Shown here piece by piece: positions 57,472 to 64,000 of a DNA stretch of 64,000 bases (its first letter is position 1; every line of letters begins with the position of its first letter). This DNA is from Desulfobacterales bacterium (GTDB lineage: Bacteria > Desulfobacterota > Desulfobacteria > Desulfobacterales > JAFDDL01): the NCBI GenBank assembly GCA_963677545.2, contig CAXXKH010000045.1, positions 167,864 through 231,863 on the forward strand, written 5' to 3'. Below the pieces are notes generated by a model. That model saw only the letters and a list, made by a program, of their open reading frames with translations. It did not search any database and was not told the DNA's origin. The position numbers and the translations under genes are program-made.

Positions 57472-58642
57472 TGGGCCTCCTTTTCATCCGCCAGCGGCCC
57501 GGCAGCGGTGACGCTTTCCGGATGCCGGTCCAGAAACCGGACCAGAACCCATGTCATAATCCCCAGAAAACCCAGGGACATCCCCACGTCCCATATGCCA
57601 ACAGGGAGGCCTTCTCCATGGCCGCTCAACGCCGGGCCGATCAGGAGCAAATGCTCCAGCCAGATTCCTGCCATTACAATACTACAGAGCATGATCATGG
57701 CCCGAGGCATGGTTTTGATCTTCCGATTGAGCAATATCAGAAACGGCAGAATGAAGCAGACGGTAAAAACGCCCCACGCAAGCATTCTGTAAGGCGCCCG
57801 CATGGTTCGCTCGATAACGTATACCGTCTCCTCCGGTATGTTCCCGTACCAGATCACCACGAACTGGCAGTAGAAAAAGTCGGCCCAGAGCAGGCAGAAG
57901 GCCAGAAAAAGCTTTCCGATATCGAGGAACTGTTTTTTTTCAAAGGGAGAGTGTTCGCCATTTCTCAGGTGAACAGCCGCGGCCAGGATAATAACTCCCC
58001 CCAGGCCAATGTAAAAAGCTTTCACAAAGGTGTAGCCCCCGAACAGGGTTGAGTACCAGTGAGGATCCATGGCCATGACCAGATCGTAGCCGAGAAGGGA
58101 GAGAACAAAGGTAAAAGCCAAAACATATAGAACAGCCAGGACCGTCCGACGCTGCGGCCCGCCGGCATCTGCATCCTTCACCGACCTGGCGCCAGTGGCG
58201 CTTCGGACATAGACAAAGCCGATCATGTAGAGAATAATCAATCCCAGTCCATCCGGGTAAAAAGGAACGGCAGATTCAGCCAGACCTCCTTGCCGTGAAG
58301 GTCCATTTCCAGCCAGGGAAACAGATACGATCTGCCGGCAAAAAGACCCAGGAAAAGGAGCAAAGAGATCGGGAAAAAGGCCGTAAACGATTCCGCCACC
58401 CCGGCCAGGGGACGGCTCCACCGGGCTCGGGTCAAATGCATGACCGCTGAAAAAACCAGGGCGCCCTGGGAAATGGCGGACCAGAAGAGAAAATTGATGA
58501 GATATGCCTGCCAGGCCCGTTCCGGATGCCCCCCCGAAAGAAGGATGGCGAACGACGCAATTCCGATCACGGCCAGGATGCCGCACACAATCCCCATGGC
58601 TTTTCCCGAAAAGGGCCGTATGTTCCCGGTATCAGGCATCAT
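57468..58642 (-). pseudogene. actF: ActF-like NrfD-family membrane subunit with an interrupted reading frame
   Basis: The N-terminal 130 aa (58238-58642, AWQAYLINFLFWSAISQGALVFSAV) and the C-terminal ~265 aa (57468-58260) are in different frames. The junction lies near 58252-58256 (ccggg run). Confidence 0.65.
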
Positions 58643-59138
58643 GCACCGTCACCTCTCCGCCATGGGCCGTAAGCAGGCCCGCAAGGTTCTTCTCCTCGCC
58701 TTCCGGGCAGGAAGCCAGCACCCCGAAATGCTCTCCGGAGCACCGTTCGTCATAAAACCGGTCTCTCTTCCAGTTCGGAAGCCGGGCCTGGGTCAACATG
58801 CCGATGATGTTGCCGAACACTGCAAAGAGAATCGTAAACTCGAACCCGACAATGAAAAACGGCACCAAAGCCACTATCGGCTTGCCGCTGACAATCAGGT
58901 CCCACCGGGTGGCGGTAAAACCCGCCAGGACAAACCCGAAGAAAAAGCCGAAGATCCCGCCGGCGAGGGTAAAGTACCCCACCCTGCTCTTTTTGAGTTT
59001 GAGGGCTTCGGCGAGGGCGCTGCTCGGAATCGGGCTGTGGGTCTTCTCCACGTTCCAGGCCTTTTCTGTCACCGCCGCGACCGCCGCGACTGCCGCATTT
59101 TCATTCTCAAAAAGCCCCATGACAAATCGTTTACCCAT
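58632..59138 (-). CDS. actD: ActD-like (DUF3341) alternative complex III subunit
   Basis: 168 aa. GLFENENAAVAAV... followed by two TM helices. It sits between the two NrfD-like genes. Confidence 0.65.
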   Translation of the reverse strand: MGKRFVMGLFENENAAVAAVAAVTEKAWNVEKTHSPIPSSALAEALKLKKSRVGYFTLAGGIFGFFFGFVLAGFTATRWDLIVSGKPIVALVPFFIVGFEFTILFAVFGNIIGMLTQARLPNWKRDRFYDERCSGEHFGVLASCPEGEEKNLAGLLTAHGGEVTVHDA

Positions 59139-60459
59139 GCCCTTGCCCTCCGGGATGCATCAGTTCCTTCATCTCGGTCATGGAGACGGAGGGCATATGT
59201 TTGACGAACAGGATGAAGAGCAGAAAGAAGAGCGAAAAGCTCCCCACCATGATACCGAACTCGACAAGGGTGGGTGCATAGTTCCCCCAGGCATAGGGAA
59301 TAAAATCGTGGGCGACGCTGGTGATGATAATTACAAAACGCTCGAACCACATGCCGATATTCACCAGAATCGAGATACCGAAAAGCCAGCCGAGGCTGGT
59401 CCGAATCTTGCGGAAGAAAAACAGCAGCGGGACAAGCGTGTTGCACACCACCATAATCCAGAATCCGATTCGGTAGTCGCCGGTGGGCCGCCATTTAAAG
59501 ATGGCCGCTTCGGCAGCATTGTGACTGTACCAGGCGATAAAAAACTCGGTGCCGTAGGCAAAGGCCACGATAAGCCCGGTGAAAATGATGGTCTTGGCCA
59601 CATTCTCCAGCACCGTCACGGTGATGATCCTCTCGTAATTGAAAATTCTTCGAAGCGGAATCATGAGAGTAAGCACCATGGCCAGGCCAGAATGAATAGC
59701 ACCGGCAACGAAATAGGGCGCGAAGATGGTGGTATGCCAGCCCGGCACCACTCCCAGGGCAAAGTCCCAACTGACCACGGAGTGAACCGATATCACCAAG
59801 GGAGTTGCCAGGGCCGCAAAAAAAAGATAGGTCCGGGCGTAGTGCCGCCACTGCTCATGGGCCCCGGTCCAGCCCAGGGCGAGAATCGTGAAAATTTTCT
59901 TCCGGATGCTCCCCTCCGGCGCCCGGTCCCGAATGATAGCCAGATCGGGCAGCATGCCGGTATACCAGAACAGGGAACTCACGGTCAGGTATGTACTGAT
60001 GGCCACCACATCGAACATGAGGGGTGACTGGAAGTTGGGCCACAGCGTACGCTGGGTAGGCACGGGGATCATGTAGTAAACCATCCAGGGCCGCCCCAGA
60101 TGGATAAAGGGAAACAGTCCGGCCGTGCAGACGGCAAACACGGTCATGGTCTCCGCAGCCCGGGCGATGGGGTTTCGCCATCCGGCCCGGAACAAGTGCA
60201 GAATGGCGGAGATCAGTGTCCCCGAGTGGGCGATCCCGACCCAGAACACGAAGTTTATCAGGTAAGTACCCCAGGCCACCGGGTTATTCTGCCCCCCCAC
60301 GCCGATGCCCGTGGCGATCTGATACGCCCAGCATGCGGCCCCCAGCATCACCCCGCCGGCCAGCAGCACTATGGCTGCCCAATACCGCCGGGTCGCCGGT
60401 TCCAATGTGGACAGAACCGTACGGTCAATTTCTTTAAAGGACAAATAGCTATCAGCCAT
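59131..60459 (-). CDS. actC: ActC, NrfD/PsrC-family quinol-interacting membrane subunit
   Basis: 442 aa, polytopic. The WGxxxxxFxFxxGxxxG pattern (VAWGTYLINFVFWVGIAHSG) is typical of the NrfD family. Confidence 0.8.
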   Translation of the reverse strand: MADSYLSFKEIDRTVLSTLEPATRRYWAAIVLLAGGVMLGAACWAYQIATGIGVGGQNNPVAWGTYLINFVFWVGIAHSGTLISAILHLFRAGWRNPIARAAETMTVFAVCTAGLFPFIHLGRPWMVYYMIPVPTQRTLWPNFQSPLMFDVVAISTYLTVSSLFWYTGMLPDLAIIRDRAPEGSIRKKIFTILALGWTGAHEQWRHYARTYLFFAALATPLVISVHSVVSWDFALGVVPGWHTTIFAPYFVAGAIHSGLAMVLTLMIPLRRIFNYERIITVTVLENVAKTIIFTGLIVAFAYGTEFFIAWYSHNAAEAAIFKWRPTGDYRIGFWIMVVCNTLVPLLFFFRKIRTSLGWLFGISILVNIGMWFERFVIIITSVAHDFIPYAWGNYAPTLVEFGIMVGSFSLFFLLFILFVKHMPSVSMTEMKELMHPGGQGHG

Positions 60460-60818
60460 CAGCTTTCAGCCCTCAGCTTTTTTAACAGCGAAGAAAGCAT
60501 CCTTTTAATTTCTGTCACTTCATTGTTAAACTGTTCATAATAAGTTTTGTGAATAAGCTTTAAATCGTGTGAAAGCAGTAGATGATATTCCAGTTCACTG
60601 GCCGAACCCGCTGCAATTTGAACATAGCGTGCGAAATCTGCATCTCCTTCCTTTCCGCACCCTTCCGCGATATTTGCCGGTATGGAAGCTGCAGACCGTC
60701 TTATCTGGCTCGTCAAACCAAACCGTTCACTTTTCGGAAAGCTTTCAGTTTCTTTATAAATCGAAAGCACCAGTCGATGCGCTTTTTCCCATACTTTCAG
60801 CTGTCTGAAATCTTTCAT
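60459..60818 (-). CDS. four-helix-bundle protein (23S rRNA intervening-sequence protein / Avd-like family)
   Basis: 119 aa. FRQLKVWEKAHRLVLSIYKETESFPKSERFGLTSQIRRSAASIPANIAEGCGK...Y..IA.GSASELEYHLLLS is the characteristic pattern of this family. Confidence 0.85.
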   Translation of the reverse strand: MKDFRQLKVWEKAHRLVLSIYKETESFPKSERFGLTSQIRRSAASIPANIAEGCGKEGDADFARYVQIAAGSASELEYHLLLSHDLKLIHKTYYEQFNNEVTEIKRMLSSLLKKLRAES

Positions 60819-60982
60819 GGTTTAATTATCAGCCGTCAGCTATCAGCCATCAGCTTTAAAACTTGAAAGTCCTTTAAAAGAAGGCTGTCAGCAATAAGCT
60901 TTCAGCTTTCAACCAAAAATGTTGTTGTCGTTTTTGTAGTAAGCTGATCGCTGAATGCTGACAGCTGACAGCCCGAAAGTCC

Positions 60983-63949
60983 TCAGACTTTCGCAAGAAC
61001 TTTCTTCAAATAAATCACCGCCGGTTTCGTGTTCAGATACCCCATCACCTGATAAGCCCTCGGGTCTTCGGCCAGTTTCCGCACCCGGCTCTCCGGGTCC
61101 ATGAGGTTGCCGAAGACCAGGGCGTCCGTAGGACACGTCTGGACACAGGCCGGTACTACCTCACCGTCCCGAATGCCGCGGTTTTCGTTTTTGGCGATGC
61201 CATGGGCCTCCTTAATCCGCTGAATACAGAAAGAGCATTTTTCCATCACCCCTTTGGACCGGACGGTCACATCGGGGTTGAGCTGCCGGTTCAGCGGTTC
61301 CGGCCATTCCCAGTCAAACCAGTTGAACCGCCGCACCTTGTAGGGACAGTTCTGCGAACAAAATCGGGTGCCGATGCACCGGTTGTAAACCTGATTATTG
61401 AGCCCCTCCTTGGAGTGGTGGGGCGCATAAACCGGGCAGACCGATTCGCAAGGCGCGTTGTCGCAGTGCTGGCACATCATGGGAAGAAAGGTGATGCGCT
61501 TCGCATCCGCCATGTCATGGTACCGCTCCACCCGCAGCCAGGCCATCTCCCTTCCTGCAATGATCTGCTCTTCACCCACCATCCCCACATTGTTCTCCGC
61601 ATAACAGGCTACGGCGCAGGCACCACAGCCGACACACCGGTCCAAATCCACGGCCATGGCCCATCGGTAACCCGTATGATCGTGGGGCGGGTAGATATCC
61701 CTTTTGGGGTCGTACCCTTCCGGCAACGGCAGGATCAGGGGAAAATCATTCATCCCCAGCCCTTCTTTATGGGCATCTCCGTGGTGCTTTTCCGCTTCCG
61801 TCAGTTCCTCAAGGGAAACGGACAGCGCAATCTTTCGGCCATGCTGAATACGACTGCCGTCCGTATTGGCCAGAGAAGCTCCGGATTTGAGTTTTCGTAT
61901 CGTCACCGGTGCCCCTCCGGGGGAATATTCAACCGGCGGCAGCAATGTCAGGGGATTGATTCCCTGCCCCTTCGCATACCGTCCTCCGCCGGAATGTCCC
62001 TGGCCCATGGACATGACCGCCGCCTGGGGGTGAACGCCCTCGGTTTCATAGGCGATGGCCGATACCGCTCCCCATTCGGTTTCCAGTCGGATCGCATCTT
62101 CATGCTCGAGCCCCAGCCGTTTCAGGGTCTTGGGATGCAGGAGAACGGGTGTCTGCCAGGCGACGCATGTCAGGGGGTCCGGAACTTCGGACAGCCAGGG
62201 TGCATACCCGCTCCGCCCGTCGAAAAACCGGATGGAAGGCGCCGCCAGCAACCCAAGCTCATTTTCTTCCCTGCTTTTGTTGACGGAAATATCCGGGTAT
62301 TTAAAGATTTCCGTTACCCGCCGGCCGGCATCATCCCGGATAGCCGGGGAGGCAGCCGGGTCCGGCGACATCGCTTTCATCTCCTGGAAAAAGCCGCCAT
62401 TTCGCACCGCCTGCATCCATTCCCTTTCGCTTTCGGCGGGGCTGCACTTCATCAAACGGTTCGTCATAAAGGATTTGTAATCCTCAGCGGGTCTGTCTTC
62501 CTTGAAAGCGGTTTGAAGAATCACATCCCCGGCCTGAAAGACATTGTCAAGGGGTGCCATGGTCGGCTGAAGCAGGGAGACAACTCCTTCCCTTGAAGAA
62601 AAATCGTCCCAGGATTCCAGGGGATGGCAAATGGGTATCACCAGGTCCGCCAGCCGTGCGGTGTCATCCAGGATATCGGTAAGACACACCACAAAGAGGC
62701 CGTCATCAGTCAGGGCATTTTGAACGGAAACAGCCGTCGGAAAGGCGTAAACGGGATTGACCCGATGAAGGATCAACACCTCAGCCGGTTCCGATTGTAT
62801 CCCGTCGAAAAAAGCACTGCCCGCTTCCCGGCCGGAGGCGCTGACGAGGCGGTAGCCCGATTTAAAATCGAGAAGGCCCAGTGACGAGTCTGCTACGAAA
62901 TTCAGAAGCAATGCCCCGAGATCGGTGGGAAGCCCCTCTTTTCCCGTAGCGGCGCCGGAGCCCAGCACCAGCGGACGTTTCGAGGCTTTGAAAAGCGAAA
63001 ACAGACTGTCCAGTTCGGAAGTATCGATACCGGTTTTTTCAGAAACCACGGCACGGGTATACCCCGAGACAAGGGGAGCCAGCCAGGAAGCCATCTCCGA
63101 CGGAGCCTTCCGGCCGCCTGCCATCAATTCCCGGACCAGCCACAACGTCACGAAATGCTCGCTGCCCGGCCGGCAGCACAGCCAGCGGTCCGCGTTAGCG
63201 GCCGTCAGGGATTGGTGGGGGGAGACATGAAAAAAGAGGCCTTTTCCCCCATTTAACAGCGCGTGCATCTCCTTGAACCTTCTCGCATAGGAGACCGGAG
63301 AGAGCCATGTCTCCACAAAATCGGCGCCAAAGGAAAGCAGGAAATCCGAATCTTCAATAGCATAATCGGGAAGAGCGGGACGTTCGAAAAGAACCTCCCC
63401 GGCAGCCTTCAGAGATTCACATGACAGGGGTTCAAAAATGACGGGTGGATCGGATTTCCACTGATCGGCAGCTGATTCAAGCAGATCCTGAAGGCTCTCC
63501 CCGGGAAGATCCGTCAGCATTCGGACACGGTTTTTGCCGTGGCCGGCGGCAACGGCCGTTTTATCCCGGAGTGCCGCCAGGGCCCTGTCCATGTCGATTT
63601 CCCGGAGTTTGCCATTTTCCTTCAGGAGGGGCTTTTTCAGACGGTCAGGATGATAGGCCCCCTGAAGGGCCGCCTGGCCCCGCATGCAGACTTTCCCACG
63701 GTTAACGGGATGCAGGGGATTTCCCTCAAGCTTGATGGCCCTTTCTTCACGGGTTTTCACAAGGATGCCGCAACCAGCCGGACACTCGCGGCAAGTGGAT
63801 GCATAGTGCCGACTTTTTCCCGTCACCGTATCGTCGGGTGCCTTTACGAAGGGATAGAGAGTCTTGTCCACATCGGATTTGCACCCGAGCATTGTCCCGA
63901 CACCACTGACGGCTGAAATCTGTAGAAAGGTCCGGCGTTTTATATTCAT
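60983..63949 (-). CDS. actB: ActB, fused molybdopterin-like / 4Fe-4S subunit of alternative complex III
   Basis: 988 aa with a Tat signal (KRRTFLQISAV) and a molybdopterin-oxidoreductase-like N-domain. The C-terminal part has four Cys clusters (CVGCGACAVACYAEN, CQHCDNAPCESVCP, CIGTRFCSQNCP, CSFC...C). Confidence 0.85.
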   Translation of the reverse strand: MNIKRRTFLQISAVSGVGTMLGCKSDVDKTLYPFVKAPDDTVTGKSRHYASTCRECPAGCGILVKTREERAIKLEGNPLHPVNRGKVCMRGQAALQGAYHPDRLKKPLLKENGKLREIDMDRALAALRDKTAVAAGHGKNRVRMLTDLPGESLQDLLESAADQWKSDPPVIFEPLSCESLKAAGEVLFERPALPDYAIEDSDFLLSFGADFVETWLSPVSYARRFKEMHALLNGGKGLFFHVSPHQSLTAANADRWLCCRPGSEHFVTLWLVRELMAGGRKAPSEMASWLAPLVSGYTRAVVSEKTGIDTSELDSLFSLFKASKRPLVLGSGAATGKEGLPTDLGALLLNFVADSSLGLLDFKSGYRLVSASGREAGSAFFDGIQSEPAEVLILHRVNPVYAFPTAVSVQNALTDDGLFVVCLTDILDDTARLADLVIPICHPLESWDDFSSREGVVSLLQPTMAPLDNVFQAGDVILQTAFKEDRPAEDYKSFMTNRLMKCSPAESEREWMQAVRNGGFFQEMKAMSPDPAASPAIRDDAGRRVTEIFKYPDISVNKSREENELGLLAAPSIRFFDGRSGYAPWLSEVPDPLTCVAWQTPVLLHPKTLKRLGLEHEDAIRLETEWGAVSAIAYETEGVHPQAAVMSMGQGHSGGGRYAKGQGINPLTLLPPVEYSPGGAPVTIRKLKSGASLANTDGSRIQHGRKIALSVSLEELTEAEKHHGDAHKEGLGMNDFPLILPLPEGYDPKRDIYPPHDHTGYRWAMAVDLDRCVGCGACAVACYAENNVGMVGEEQIIAGREMAWLRVERYHDMADAKRITFLPMMCQHCDNAPCESVCPVYAPHHSKEGLNNQVYNRCIGTRFCSQNCPYKVRRFNWFDWEWPEPLNRQLNPDVTVRSKGVMEKCSFCIQRIKEAHGIAKNENRGIRDGEVVPACVQTCPTDALVFGNLMDPESRVRKLAEDPRAYQVMGYLNTKPAVIYLKKVLAKV

Positions 63950-64000
63950 CCGCTTTCGCCTGTTTGCTTCTCAAGTCCGGGAACAATATTAACGATTTGA

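Noticed and set aside
57468-58586. The 372-aa ORF taken at face value as a complete ActF
   Set aside because: Its first ~110 residues (MRHPGRDRNCVV...GRGGGIVYG) are Arg/Gly/Pro-rich out-of-frame translation. The genuine N-terminus is in the overlapping frame 58238-58642, so the gene is reported as frameshifted.

Overview
This 64-kb chromosomal window probably comes from a Desulfobacterota (deltaproteobacterial) genome; that is inferred from gene content only. Both ends are conserved backbone. The left end (1-9.2 kb) carries sdhCAB (B-type succinate dehydrogenase/fumarate reductase), an MBL hydrolase, a PIF1-like helicase, a SAM methyltransferase and a PAS/HD-GYP protein. The right end (46.7-64 kb) carries pncA/pncB, a CcoI-type Cu ATPase with cbb3 maturation genes, ccoN and a ccoO-ccoP fusion, and an alternative complex III (act) operon. 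Between them, starting at tRNA-Asn (9.43 kb), lies a mosaic accessory region. It contains: (1) a 367-bp GIY-YIG mini-element repeated in tandem inside the tRNA anticodon loop. (2) A three-gene candidate defence operon (XRE HTH; PHP phosphoesterase fused to a coiled-coil ABC ATPase; Schlafen/AlbA_2-like protein), bracketed by 185-bp direct repeats. (3) A cytoplasmic Mo/W oxidoreductase pair. (4) An integrase relic, a chemoreceptor and two PAS signalling proteins. (5) Nested IS insertions. (6) A duplicated VapC/Phd-type toxin-antitoxin module in which one antitoxin gene is split by an ORF-less group II intron. (7) An ISAs1-like element with an in-phase A_AAA_AAG frameshift site. (8) A GNAT-TetR-RND efflux operon with a perfect operator. 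(9) HUH (Y1) transposase elements with 16-bp terminal inverted repeats and solo ends. The respiratory operon spacers hold degenerate heptanucleotide tracts, and these also flank a four-helix-bundle (S23-IVS/Avd-like) gene inserted between actB and actC. Many antisense ORFs in the six-frame track are shadow ORFs of GC-rich genes and are not reported. No CRISPR array or rRNA gene was seen.
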